Below, piece by piece: positions 23,647 to 35,776 of a stretch of DNA of 64,000 nucleotides. Origin of the DNA: Pelagomonas calceolata. Lineage: Eukaryota. The position numbers and the translations under genes were made by a program. Each line of letters starts with the position of its first letter. Within the stretch, counting starts at the first letter, position 1. Below the pieces are notes generated by a model. The model was given only the letters and a program-made list of their open reading frames with translations. It did no database searches and was not told the DNA's origin. Location: positions 3,596,001 to 3,660,000 of the forward strand of contig CAKKNE010000003.1 in assembly GCA_918797485.1 (NCBI GenBank), read 5' to 3'.

Positions 23647-25320
23647 ATGACGCCGTCGCTGCGCCGCCTCGTCACCCTCGCCTGCTGCGCCGCCGCCGCC
23701 AAGAAGCCGCCCCCGAAACGCGTCGCGTTAGTCTCGTTTGCCGCCCCGTGGGACTACGGCCCCTACGCGCACCAGCTGCGAGAGCTCGCCGAGCACTGGC
23801 TGTCGACGCACCACGTCGTCTGGATCGGGTTGTCGGGCACCGTCGACCGCATCCAGTATGGAGCGCCGAAGATCTCGCCGCTGGTCGGCTACCGGGGCGC
23901 AGGGATGAGCAAAGATCCCGTAAAAAAAGTTTCGAAACTCAACCGCATCTTCGAGAAGGAAAAAATTGATTTTGCCATTACTTTATGTGACCTGAACAAC
24001 GTGGGCGGGGACGAGGCCTTCGTCATACCGACGATCGCATGGTTTCCGTCGCACACCGGGGAATTGGATCTGGCTTCTGCCCATGCTTTAAGGGCTTATG
24101 ACGCCGTCGCGGCTCTGTCGCCGTCGGATGCTCGTTCCATCGGGAGGGAACTACCGTCGAAGCGAGTCGCTCGCATCCCGCACGTCGTGGATGGCCGCAA
24201 ACATGTGTCTACCGATGATAGAGCACTACTGAGAAAGAAATGGAACGTACCTACAGATGCCTTCGTGCCGGTCATGTCCTTCGGGAACTATGCAAGTGAC
24301 GATAGGAAGGGTGTGGACGTCGCTGCTCTAGCTTACTCCGATTTCTGTCGGAGCTACCAGCAGCCTTCTTACCTATATATCAGAGCGGTCACGATCAACG
24401 CGTCGATAGGCCATCGCATGGCCGCCTCCCTCCCAGTAGAAAGCATGTTTAGAGCTGCCGGCGTGCCTTCGGGACGGTACGTCGTCGACACCGTCGAACG
24501 CGACTATGCGGAAAGTCTCGAAGTTGTGGCATTGGCGGACGTGTTACTGCACCCGTCCCGGTCCGAGGGCTTCGGCATGCTCGTGCTCGAGGCGCAGCAC
24601 ATCGGCGTGCCCGTGATCACGACGAGAAGAGGTGCCATGAAGGACTACACGATGCACGGAGTTTCTGTAAAACCCGTGCAGCGCGAGTGGCTCAACATCG
24701 GCTACGTCGCGACGCCCGACGTCCACGGCGTCGCCGAGGCGCTGCGAGGCGTCGCGAACGGCACGTGCTGCGACGCGAACGGCGAAAAACAGCGAGCTAT
24801 AGATGTGGTCACGAACTCGATGTCCCGGACGTCCGTCGGCTGGGCCTTCGACGACCTCGTCGATACCATATCGAGAAGACCATTACTTCCCAGTGTCTTG
24901 AGGTACGGGTCGACGTCGTGCAGCGTCATACAAGAACAGGACCACGAATGGGTCGTTATTGCCGACCGGCAGCACGTCCTTGACGCGCATGCGTTATCAA
25001 CAGCTATCGAGGACCTCAATAGTAGGGACGCGCCGCCTTTGGTCGTCGTCAAAACCTTAGAATTGTTCGACAAAGTGGCCTCGCCCTTCGACGCCGATTC
25101 ACTGTTGAACGTAAGGCCGGTCGCACTTGCAAGGGCAGGCGAGCTCAAACGAGCCATGGAGCAGGCGGCGTCGTTCATGGACCGGGCCGTCGACGAGGCC
25201 GTGCGCGGTTTGATCAAGCGGGCGTCGGCCCAAGACATTCTGTTGGACGTCGTCGCCGCGCGGCGGTGGGTCGACCCGATCAATAATCCCAACTGGAACG
25301 CGCGGCCGGCGGGGCTCTAA
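23647..25320 (+). CDS. GT-B glycosyltransferase (GT4-like)
   Basis: DRKGVD, ADVLLHPSRSEGFGMLVLEAQHIGVPVI. Confidence 0.88.
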   Translation: MTPSLRRLVTLACCAAAAKKPPPKRVALVSFAAPWDYGPYAHQLRELAEHWLSTHHVVWIGLSGTVDRIQYGAPKISPLVGYRGAGMSKDPVKKVSKLNRIFEKEKIDFAITLCDLNNVGGDEAFVIPTIAWFPSHTGELDLASAHALRAYDAVAALSPSDARSIGRELPSKRVARIPHVVDGRKHVSTDDRALLRKKWNVPTDAFVPVMSFGNYASDDRKGVDVAALAYSDFCRSYQQPSYLYIRAVTINASIGHRMAASLPVESMFRAAGVPSGRYVVDTVERDYAESLEVVALADVLLHPSRSEGFGMLVLEAQHIGVPVITTRRGAMKDYTMHGVSVKPVQREWLNIGYVATPDVHGVAEALRGVANGTCCDANGEKQRAIDVVTNSMSRTSVGWAFDDLVDTISRRPLLPSVLRYGSTSCSVIQEQDHEWVVIADRQHVLDAHALSTAIEDLNSRDAPPLVVVKTLELFDKVASPFDADSLLNVRPVALARAGELKRAMEQAASFMDRAVDEAVRGLIKRASAQDILLDVVAARRWVDPINNPNWNARPAGL

Positions 25321-26369
25321 GTTAGTTTTTTACGTGCCAGGTAGGCCGCGGCGAGGGCGAGCGCGGCGGCGGCAAAGATGGCGACGCACGTTGGCGCGTG
25401 TTCGTGGATGCTGAGCATTGCTCGCGCGTTTCGCAGATGGCGCTCAATCCCCGCTGTGGTCGGGTGCGCACCGCCGAACACGCGCCGCGCGATCCGGTCC
25501 GTGTCCTCGAGCAACGCCACGGCCTCGCGGAGATCGTCGAGCGTGGCGGCGGGGTCGTCGTAGAGCGTCCGCGCGTAAATCGACCTCATCCTGAGCGTGA
25601 ATTCATGATTCTCGCCGATAACGCGTCGCGCCACGGGCATCATTTTGCGCATGAAAGAATTGGCTTCTTCGAAGCGCTCTTGCTGATTAAGGGACGCCGC
25701 GCAGTTGAGGGCCGCTCGGAGGGTCCCTTGATGTTCCTCGCCATAGAGCTTCAAACGTCCTGAGTACACGTCGTGAAACATGTTTGAGGCCTCTCCAAGG
25801 CGTCCAAGTTCTCCATACGTGCACGCAAGATTGGTCTGCAAGCCGAGAATGTTGGCTTCTGATGCGCCAAGTCGCCGCAGCGTAGCCAACTCAGCCTCCA
25901 TCACGGACAACGCATCCTCGTAGTGCTCTGCCCTGGATAAACCGTTTCCGAGCTGCTCCATCCCCATGCGCCGAAGCTCGTCCACCTCCGGCCGACCCAA
26001 GTACGTCTTCCAGCACGCCCATCCGAGCGCGCACGCCACGTCGCCGTGGTACTTTTGCTCGCACAGGCTGCACGTGTGCCACCGATGCCACTGCGACACT
26101 TTATTATTCTCCTCGGCCTCGGCACACAAAATCTTCGCCTGCTCCGCGAGGCACGACACGTGCGCAAAGCCAGACGTTCCGCGGCACGCGCACATGCGCA
26201 CGAGGCCCTCCTTCGTTTTCCAGTGGAGGGCCTCCGTGCAAATGTAGCACGTCTGACCCTTGGTGTCGCCGGCGCATTTCTCGACGGCCTCCGCGACGGC
26301 CTCCGTGTATTTTGGGGCAGCCATGTCGGCGTCGAGCAGCGAGGGCGGGGCAGCCGCGGACGCAGCCAT
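25317..26369 (-). CDS. RING-CH + TPR-like protein lacking MYND, with C-terminal TM helix and KKLT; array B copy 1
   Basis: Family motifs; tail AIFAAAALALAAAYLARKKLT; stop overlaps the glycosyltransferase stop. Confidence 0.88.
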   Translation of the reverse strand: MAASAAAPPSLLDADMAAPKYTEAVAEAVEKCAGDTKGQTCYICTEALHWKTKEGLVRMCACRGTSGFAHVSCLAEQAKILCAEAEENNKVSQWHRWHTCSLCEQKYHGDVACALGWACWKTYLGRPEVDELRRMGMEQLGNGLSRAEHYEDALSVMEAELATLRRLGASEANILGLQTNLACTYGELGRLGEASNMFHDVYSGRLKLYGEEHQGTLRAALNCAASLNQQERFEEANSFMRKMMPVARRVIGENHEFTLRMRSIYARTLYDDPAATLDDLREAVALLEDTDRIARRVFGGAHPTTAGIERHLRNARAMLSIHEHAPTCVAIFAAAALALAAAYLARKKLT

Positions 26370-26564
26370 GACTTTGCACTGCCTCGCGCGAGTCGGCAGA
26401 ATTTGGGGGGGAAGGCACTGAACCAGCCCTCCCTCCGCGGATCTGCTTCGGTGCTTGTGAATTGCTAGTGCCTTACAGCCGCTAGCTGCTCTCGTCTCCC
26501 CGCCCTGTGCACCGTAACAATTAGCCGTTTTACTTGCTCGTGTTAACCATCTCTCACGCATTTG

Positions 26565-26651
26565 GTTATCGCGGCGAGGCGGTGGGTGGACCCCATCAAT
26601 AACCCGAACTGGAACGCGCGGCCGGCGGGGCTCTAAGTGAGTTTTTTACGT
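26565..26651 (+). pseudogene. Orphan duplicate of the glycosyltransferase 3' end (AARRWVDPINNPNWNARPAGL*)
   Basis: Matches 25249-25335; shorter third copy RPAGL* at 27861-27879. Confidence 0.92.
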
Positions 26652-27712
26652 AACACTAGCACGGCCGCGACGGCGAGCGCGGCGGCGGCGTAGATGATGG
26701 CGGCGCCGCGCGTTCGCGCTTCTTCGCGGACTTCTTCGCGGAGCGCGGCTCGCGCTTGTCGCAGGTTATCCTCCATCGCCGTTGTGAGCGGATGCGCGCC
26801 GCCGAGCACGCGTCGCGCGGTCCGTTCCAACTCCTCGAGCGTATTCACTGACTCGATGGTATCGTCGAGCGTGGCGCCTTCGTCTAGGTAGAGCGCCATC
26901 GCGTACATCCACCCCAGCGAGAGTGTAAGACGATGATCATCTCCGAAGACGCGCCGCGCCACGGGCACCGTTCTGCGCAGCAGCAACTTGGCTTCTTCGA
27001 AGCTCTGTAGATTATAAAGGGACGCCGCGTAGTTGTTGGCCGTTCGGACGGTATCTTCATGTTCTTCGCCGTAGAACTTCAAATGTCCGGAGTATGCATC
27101 CTGTCGCATCTGCAAGGCCTGTTCTAACCGTCCGAGCTTATCATACAAGTTCCCAAGATTGCCCTGCACAACGAGAATGCTTGCTTCTGACGCGCCAAGG
27201 CGCCGCTTCATAGCCAACTCGGCCTCTCGCACAGTCAACGCGTCCTCGTGGTGTTCTGCGGCGGACAAACCGTTCCCTAGCGACGTCATCGCCAAGCTCC
27301 GAGCCACGTTCCCCTCCGGCCGCCCCACGTACGTCTTCCAGCACGCCCAGCCGAGCGCGCACTGGACGACGCCTTGGTACCGTTGCTCGCACAGGCTGCA
27401 CGAGTACCACCGCTTCCACCTCGCATCCCTCACCTTCCAGTCCAAATTGTTCTCCTCGGCCTCCGCGACCAAAATCTTCGCCTGCTCCGCCAGACACGAC
27501 ACGTGCACGAAACCCGCCGTCCCGCGGCACGAGCACATACGCACGAGGCCTTCCTTCGTTTTCCAGTGGAGGGCCTCCGTGCAGATGTAGCACGTCTGGC
27601 CCTTGGTGTCGTCGGCGCATTTCTCGGCCGCGACCGCGACGGCCTCATTGGATTTTTGGGCAGCCAGGTCGGCGTCATGCAGCCAGCCCCTGTCAGCCGC
27701 GGGTGCGGCCAT
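26633..27712 (-). CDS. RING-CH + TPR-like protein with TM tail and KKLT; array B copy 2
   Basis: Family motifs; tail AIIYAAAALAVAAVLVLRKKLT. Confidence 0.88.
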   Translation of the reverse strand: MAAPAADRGWLHDADLAAQKSNEAVAVAAEKCADDTKGQTCYICTEALHWKTKEGLVRMCSCRGTAGFVHVSCLAEQAKILVAEAEENNLDWKVRDARWKRWYSCSLCEQRYQGVVQCALGWACWKTYVGRPEGNVARSLAMTSLGNGLSAAEHHEDALTVREAELAMKRRLGASEASILVVQGNLGNLYDKLGRLEQALQMRQDAYSGHLKFYGEEHEDTVRTANNYAASLYNLQSFEEAKLLLRRTVPVARRVFGDDHRLTLSLGWMYAMALYLDEGATLDDTIESVNTLEELERTARRVLGGAHPLTTAMEDNLRQARAALREEVREEARTRGAAIIYAAAALAVAAVLVLRKKLT

Positions 27713-27883
27713 GACTGCTTGTCCTTAGCATAAGCTTTCCCCCATGTGCCTTGAGGCGACTGCTACTCTTGACACCTACTAGCCGCGCGGCCGGACGGGT
27801 GGGCCCGGGGGGAGCGGGACGGGTACGGGGAACCCTGCGACGTAACTAGCCTCAGCCTCAGCGGCCGGCGGGGCTTTAGTAAT

Positions 27884-29341
27884 TTATTGGATTATACATC
27901 GCTCGGTAGGCCGCGGCGGCGGCGAGCGCGGCGGCGGCGTCGAGGAGGTACTTGGCGTCCGAGGCGGCGGCGGCGGCGGGGCACACTCGCGTTCCGACGT
28001 CGCGGCCAGAAATAATTTTTGACGGGCCGTGTTAATTTTCTGCATGGCATCGGACGCGTCGGGCGCGCCGCACTTGTCTGGATGGAATAAAATGGCCAAC
28101 GCTTGGTATGCCTCCTTGACTTCATGCTTTGGCGCCCCGCGTTGGACGCCGAGGATCATATCTGGCTCCTTTTCTGCGTCGATGTCGCGTATTCGATCGA
28201 TCGCTCGCCTCTGCCAACTTTGCATCTCCAACCCCGTCATGCCCGCCGGGGGCCTGGCTTCGGCCCTGCGTTTCGCGGCTTCCTGGGCTTTGTTCGCCGC
28301 GGCCTCTTGGCGCCGCCGGCGCGCGGCGGCGGCCTCTTGGCGCTGGCGTTCTGCGGCGGCCTCTTGGCGCCGGCGCTCGGCGGCCTCTTGGCGCCGGCGC
28401 TCGGCTGCCTCTTCGCGCTGGCGCCTGGCGGCCTCGAGCCGGAGCGCCGCGAGCTCCTCTTCGTCGGCCGGCGTCCACGCCTCGGCTTGGCGCTGGCGCT
28501 CCGCGGCCTGGCGCTCCGCGGCTAAGCACCGCTCTAGGAACCGGCGCTCCGCGGCCGCCTGGCCCTCCACGCTCCACGGCGTAGGGAGGTACGACCTCGC
28601 CTCGGTCTGCGCCCGCCTGGCGTCCGGAGCGGCGGCGGCGCGCGGTCGCGCTTCTACCCTTCGCACGCCCTCGACGTGCTCGCGGCATACCGGACACTTC
28701 CGCTCCAGTCGGGGGTCTCGCGCACACGACCCACAAAAGACGACGTGTCCGCAAGGGATGCAGAAGTGGTCGCTCTGCGAAGCCATGCAGATGACGCACC
28801 GCGACGTCGTTTCGTCGTCTGGCGTCGGCTCCGAGGATCGGCCTGAACGGCGGAGCGCGGCTCGCGCTTTTCGCAATTCATCCTCAATCGCCGAGGTGAG
28901 CCGGTGCGCGCCACCGAGCACGCGCCGGGTGGTCCGCGTCGTCTCCTCGAGCGTCGCCACGGCCTCGCGGAGCTCAGCGAGCGTGGCACCGGCGTCTTTG
29001 TAGAGCGCCTCCGCGTAAACCCAACGCATCTTGAGCACGATGCCAAACCTTCCATTATAAGTACTCTCACTCTCTCCATTATAAACATCCTTCCCAAGAA
29101 CGCATCCCGCCACGGGCAGCGTCCTGCGTAACAATGCTTTGACTTCTTTGTAGCTCGGAGGTTGTAGCTCGCTAAGCGTCACCGCGAGGTCGTTGGCTGC
29201 TCGGAGGGTTTCCGGATGCTCCTGGCCGTAGAGCTTCAGAAACCCTTCGTATACGCCTCGCTGCAGGCGCAAGGCCCTTCCAAGCCGAGGGGGGTTAAGC
29301 TGTTTCAACCTTAATGCGTTATTCGCCTGGAAGGCGAGCAT
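27884..29341 (-). CDS. Chimera: family TPR module + C3HC4 RING + coiled repeats + DnaJ domain + CaaX; array B copy 3
   Basis: YGQEHPETLRAAN, CVIC..CIPCGHVVFCGSC..CPVC, LFHPDK, C-terminal CIIQ. Confidence 0.8.
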   Translation of the reverse strand: MLAFQANNALRLKQLNPPRLGRALRLQRGVYEGFLKLYGQEHPETLRAANDLAVTLSELQPPSYKEVKALLRRTLPVAGCVLGKDVYNGESESTYNGRFGIVLKMRWVYAEALYKDAGATLAELREAVATLEETTRTTRRVLGGAHRLTSAIEDELRKARAALRRSGRSSEPTPDDETTSRCVICMASQSDHFCIPCGHVVFCGSCARDPRLERKCPVCREHVEGVRRVEARPRAAAAPDARRAQTEARSYLPTPWSVEGQAAAERRFLERCLAAERQAAERQRQAEAWTPADEEELAALRLEAARRQREEAAERRRQEAAERRRQEAAAERQRQEAAAARRRRQEAAANKAQEAAKRRAEARPPAGMTGLEMQSWQRRAIDRIRDIDAEKEPDMILGVQRGAPKHEVKEAYQALAILFHPDKCGAPDASDAMQKINTARQKLFLAATSERECAPPPPPPRTPSTSSTPPPRSPPPRPTERCIIQ

Positions 29342-29647
29342 ATTTTGATACCTCGGCCTGTTGCTGGGCAGCCCGGTCGGCGCCGTGCAGTCGCTGGCAG
29401 GCGAGGCTGCAGTAGGGCTGGTTCCGGCAGCGGCCGCAGATCTTGAGGGCGTCGTGCCTGCAGGCGGCAGGTCTTAGACCATGCCTGGGCGGCAGGTCTT
29501 AGACCGCTGGGACCGCTGGGCAGCCTTGGCGTGTGGCGGATCCCAGGGTCGGATTGCTAGTGCCTTACCGCTAGGTGCTTGCTCGGCGCGGCCAAATTAG
29601 TCTCACATTTCGATTGCTTTCAAGACCCCGGCAGCCATTCGTGACAA

Positions 29648-30541
29648 ATGCGACGCCTGCTCCTCCTCGCAGCCACCACCCACGCCCTCGACGCGCTGCA
29701 CGCGTTGATCGACGCCCACCCGAGGGGCCTCCGCCGCGTACGAGTCGCCCAGACATTATTAGGAAGGGGCCTCGTCGCGACCTGTCCACTAGCCGCAGAT
29801 GAAGCATGCTTGCGGATACCTTATGATCTTTGTGCCATAGAATCCGACAATGAAGAGAGCCACTGGGCGTCGCGGATGGCGAGCCGTCTTGTGAGAAACG
29901 AGTTGCAAGCTGAGCACAAAGCGTCGCTGCCGGAACCACCAGACGTCCTGCCGCGATGGCCCGACGAAGCCATAGACGCGCTCGGGGACCCATCGCTCTC
30001 AAGTGAATGCGACGCGATCTTTTTTTGGAGGGACGCGCAGTGGGCCGCGCATCTTGAACGGCATCCTGGCGATGATGAGAGAGACCGGTACGTCGATGCC
30101 TTGGATCTGGTGTGCAGTCGGACAGTAAGGTGCGGAGACAAGTTGGTCCTGGCGCCGTTGTTAGACATGGCGAACCACGGTCCCGACGGCTGCTCATATA
30201 AATGTGAAGGAGACAGTGTGGCGCTGTACACGTCCAGAGCCTTGGCGGAAGGCGACGAGGTTTGTTTGAACTACGGCAGTCGCCCGAACGGTGAGTGGTT
30301 GCTGCATTATGGCTTCCTGCCCCCTTCCAATAAAAATGATGTGCAGTCGTTGGGAGGGCCCTACGCCGTGGGCTGGGGCGACCTGCCCCTGCTCGAAAAC
30401 GACGGACGCGTCGCGGAGGTGCGGGAGGCGCTGGACGCGGTCCTGGGCGACGTGGGCATGCTCGACGATCCGCGGCGGGATCTTATTAATGAGTACCGCA
30501 CACAACGGCGGCGGCTCTTGCAGGCGGCGTGCGGGGACTAG
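29648..30541 (+). CDS. SET-domain (Rubisco LSMT-like) methyltransferase
   Basis: GRGLVA, LAPLLDMANH, EVCLNYG..LLHYGF. Confidence 0.88.
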   Translation: MRRLLLLAATTHALDALHALIDAHPRGLRRVRVAQTLLGRGLVATCPLAADEACLRIPYDLCAIESDNEESHWASRMASRLVRNELQAEHKASLPEPPDVLPRWPDEAIDALGDPSLSSECDAIFFWRDAQWAAHLERHPGDDERDRYVDALDLVCSRTVRCGDKLVLAPLLDMANHGPDGCSYKCEGDSVALYTSRALAEGDEVCLNYGSRPNGEWLLHYGFLPPSNKNDVQSLGGPYAVGWGDLPLLENDGRVAEVREALDAVLGDVGMLDDPRRDLINEYRTQRRRLLQAACGD

Positions 30542-30565
30542 TGTGTGCTAATTTTGTCTTACTTG

Positions 30566-31529
30566 TCATGACGGAGCCAGTTCATAGAAGTGCGGCGTCT
30601 GGCTTTCCATCACTTGAATCTGGGCCGGCCGCGCCGACGGTTGAGTAGAAGCGAAGTTGAGGCAGACCAGCACTCTTTCACCGTTCACTTTTGCCAAGTC
30701 ACCGGCAGAAAACGGCGCGGTTCTATGAGGCGCCCTCCCATCCACAACTATAGCGTCGCCCAGCTCATAGTCGTAGACCTTCACCTCGTCGATACAATCC
30801 CAGGTCCGATATTCTAACCGATACGCGTCCGGCGCCGGCCGAGTGTCTCTGAGAGGTAAGAGTACAGAAAAGGCCTCGTGGTCCTGGCACGGGCCCCAGT
30901 CCTCGTGCCACCGCGCGATGTCGTCGGTGATGCCCGCTTTCGCACCGACGATGGAGATGAAGCTCGCCGCCGAGAGTTGTACACTATTTTCCGCTTCCCA
31001 TCCGCCGCTGTAGACGGACGCCTCCATGGCCGGCAGAAAATGTTGTGCGAGGGGCCGGAAGAGGTCCAACGTCTCGCTATCAGCAGCATAGAGCCAGCGC
31101 ATGGCCCTGGTCGTGCCTGCGCGAATCGCGGTCCCGACGCGGTCCACGACCTCCTCTCCTGGAGACGACGCGCGTCGATGGCGTGAAGGCGCCGCAGCAC
31201 CGCGGGACGCCGAGATACTGACCAGCAGCGTAGCAGTGAAACCCGCCATCACTCACGCGGAGCTCCGTGCTGGCTGCAGGTGGTGCCAATTCCGGAACTA
31301 AAGCGTCGCGGTAGTTGCTTTTGAGGTCGTCGAAGGCCCGGGCGATCGGCGCCAGCGTCGCATGCGCGTCATTTGTACTGTGCGCCCACCTATGGGCGCA
31401 GACGCCCTTGACGGCCAGCGAGCTCAGGCCGCGCATGTCGTCGTTTGTTCGAGGTTTGGCGCCGAAGAGGGCGCCGAGCTTGAGGCCGGCGGCGAGGCGG
31501 AGCAGCAGCAGCGTGCAGGCGGCCCGCAT
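30566..31529 (-). CDS. Hypothetical signal-peptide protein, possibly 2OG-Fe(II) oxygenase-like, 2 exons
   Basis: Two ORFs joined by GC-AG intron 31117-31258; WHED...HRT motifs. Confidence 0.55.
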
Positions 31530-31875
31530 GGTGGCTTGCTGCTCTCTGGGTTATGATGACAGGGGCCAAATGCTGCTGATTTTTGCTCAGATGGTCCGCA
31601 GCACTGGACAGAAATGAACGCACCAGCTTTTGGACTTGTTTCGTGCCGCCAGTGTCAGTTATAGGGCCGGCTGTAAGCTCACGACCGTCGTATCATCTCA
31701 CGCCAAGTCTAGTACGCGTATCTCTAGTGGTAATCGACGCACATGTGCGACACAAGCAAAACGTGCCGCAATCGAGGCTTAAGAACACCTCATGTACCAC
31801 CCTTGACGCCTTCGACGCGACCGACCACCGACCACCCCGCACATAACATGAACTAGTCGTAAGAAACTTAGGCCC

Positions 31876-33576
31876 CTAGAACACCAGCTCCCGGCACTGC
31901 TCCGCAATCGCCACGTTGTAGGTCGGCTTCAATAAGTTGCCAAACGGCATCTCGTAGTCGTAATTGCCCGGACCGGGCTCGTCCGGGACGTCTGGATGCT
32001 GGTAGAGCGGCCCGCCCGGCCCGAACCGCTCCGCCGAGACGACCATGACCCGCTTGCGGTTCGGCTCGATGTGGTAGTCGTGGGCCAAGTTAAATGATCC
32101 TGGTCCAGGAACGCCATTGTCGCGATCTTTCCTGCGACCGCCGCCATGGAGCTTGGCCGTACCAGAAGCGTTCCAGTCGATGCCCTTCACATTATAAGCT
32201 GTGGGTGCGGGTCCATCCCTCCCATAGTCGAGCCCGCGAGGCGCACCGGAAGCAAACGCGGCCGTACATTGGCGGCACTGCTTCGGTAACGGGCCCTTCA
32301 TCTGTCGAGGTTGGCCCCGGAACCACAGACCGAGCGAGGGGCCCCGCTTGCGATGCCCAGGAATCTCGACCACTGAACGGCCGTGCACGTCGGGCACGTC
32401 TCGTTTTCGCTCTTTGGCCACTTGAAATCTAGTTTGGGACGTGCCAAACGCACCGGTCCTGGACGACACGCGTCGCCGCATCTCGTCGATCACACCGTTC
32501 GCCGGCTCGTAAGCTCCAGGGCCGGCCCCGTGGCTCCCTCGCGTCCAGTCCGTGCGACCTCCGCAGCCAAAGCCCGTTCTCGCGGGTCCTAAATGACGAG
32601 AACGTCTCCGCGTCCGTTGTTCAAATGCATTTGATTGTCCTACGTACTGGCCCGGTCCTGGTGATGTGTATCTCCCACCGGAGAACGAGTTGTCGAAGCG
32701 CGAACCGCCGTGCGAGAAGTAGGTGCCCTTCCGGCCCGGCGCCTGGGAGGCATCCGACGCGGCGATCTCATAGCTTCCTGGGCCTGGAGAGGGCTTCTTC
32801 AGGCCCGCGCCGAGGTCGCCATCGATAGAATTACGACCGACGCCGCTCGCAAAGGCCGCGGATTTCCGCGGTTTGCCGTCGCGCGTCCCGGGAGAATTTG
32901 GTCTTTGGACGTATTCCGTCGGCTTCGGGTGTTCGTAGGGGTTGAACGGTGGGACGATCTCGACCGGCCGCTCGAACGTCGAGTGGCCGCTCGTACGGGC
33001 TAAATCAGCTTTGGGCACATGCGCACCTTTCACATGTCTCGGTCTATAGTCACTGGGACCGGGCATGGACATCTTGGTCCCGTCGTAGCCCTCGTCGACG
33101 CGCATCTGCTGGACGAGCTCCCCATCAGGCCCTTCCTCGTACCCAAAACTCTGGTGGTGCCCTGGTATGGACGGTGCGGTCGGCACCCTTTCCCAGGAGA
33201 CCGCTGGAGGCGGCGGCGGCGCCTGGGGCCTCCGCTTGAAGTCGACGTCCATCCTGAGATAAGCGCCCGGTCCCGGCGTGTCTTCTATGCGTCTTTTGTC
33301 CTGGCGGCCCGCGGTCTTGGACCGCATCGGTCCCGAAGCCGCTTGTATAGGTACATTGGAGCACATGCGGTCGTCCTTGACCACGTATTCTGCCGGCGAG
33401 GGGCCGTCGAGCAACGCGGAATTCCCAGAAAAGACGCGCTGGGCGTGGCCGAAGCCCGCAGTGGTCGGCTTGGCATTGCCAAAACCACCATATTCTCCCG
33501 GGTTGTAGCTTCCGGGGCCGAGCACCTCGTTGCCCGTCTGGTCGGGGAAGCGGGTCACGGTGTCGACCGAAAACAT
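31876..33576 (-). CDS. SHIPPO/ODF3-like flagellar PGP-repeat protein
   Basis: About ten (P)GPG.Y repeats. Confidence 0.85.
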   Translation of the reverse strand: MFSVDTVTRFPDQTGNEVLGPGSYNPGEYGGFGNAKPTTAGFGHAQRVFSGNSALLDGPSPAEYVVKDDRMCSNVPIQAASGPMRSKTAGRQDKRRIEDTPGPGAYLRMDVDFKRRPQAPPPPPAVSWERVPTAPSIPGHHQSFGYEEGPDGELVQQMRVDEGYDGTKMSMPGPSDYRPRHVKGAHVPKADLARTSGHSTFERPVEIVPPFNPYEHPKPTEYVQRPNSPGTRDGKPRKSAAFASGVGRNSIDGDLGAGLKKPSPGPGSYEIAASDASQAPGRKGTYFSHGGSRFDNSFSGGRYTSPGPGQYVGQSNAFEQRTRRRSRHLGPARTGFGCGGRTDWTRGSHGAGPGAYEPANGVIDEMRRRVSSRTGAFGTSQTRFQVAKERKRDVPDVHGRSVVEIPGHRKRGPSLGLWFRGQPRQMKGPLPKQCRQCTAAFASGAPRGLDYGRDGPAPTAYNVKGIDWNASGTAKLHGGGRRKDRDNGVPGPGSFNLAHDYHIEPNRKRVMVVSAERFGPGGPLYQHPDVPDEPGPGNYDYEMPFGNLLKPTYNVAIAEQCRELVF

Positions 33577-34044
33577 GGTTGTTGCGTGTTGCTCCTGGGT
33601 GAGGGCTGCCTCTTGGAGGCCGCGCCGGCGGCGTCGCAGCTCCCGCGGGACTGCGCGGTGCGCGAGGGCTGGCCCGACCTTTCTAAGGCTGCCCGCGTGC
33701 ACGAAGTGCCTTGTGTTAGCTTTGCTTTTGCCTCGCGCCGGGAGAGCCTCGAGCGCTGTTTGCTAGTGGGGGTCCCTCTGCCTCGTACAGACGGGACGCC
33801 TCCGGCGCCCGCGAGCCCGTCCCTGGCCCCCGGAGACGTCGTGGCGGCGCTGATTGGCTAGCGCCACTAAGGCACTAGAGCCCAAAAAACCATCGAAGAC
33901 TGTAAACGCCGCAGGCCGTCTACGGCTGCCAAACTAGCACGCGGAGCGGTCACAAGCCTTCCGCAGTACAGTCACCCGCCACACGAGCGCGCGCTTGGAC
34001 CACGGTGCAAGCCAAGGCGCTAAAAGCAGGACAGACCTCCATAG

Positions 34045-35520
<1,476 letters not shown>

Positions 35521-35723
35521 TTTTTGTTACGCGCGCCCTGCGTAACCTCACGTATCTTTCTTTCTTGTGTCGTGCGCGGCGATGGCGTCGAGGTGGATTT
35601 GGGGGCTCGTAGGAGTCGTGGGCGGCGACGGCGCGCCGCCGCGGCGCGGGAATTAAGCTCTGAACTTCACTGTTCGGGGGTCAGCCGGAGAGGTCTGCTT
35701 TCAAAAGCCATCCGCCTGGGCCT

Positions 35724-35776
35724 GTATACATGTATACTACATATATGAATATATATATACATATATATATATATAC
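35724..35776. repeat. Imperfect (TA)n microsatellite
   Basis: TA-rich run within a GC-rich window. Confidence 0.9.
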
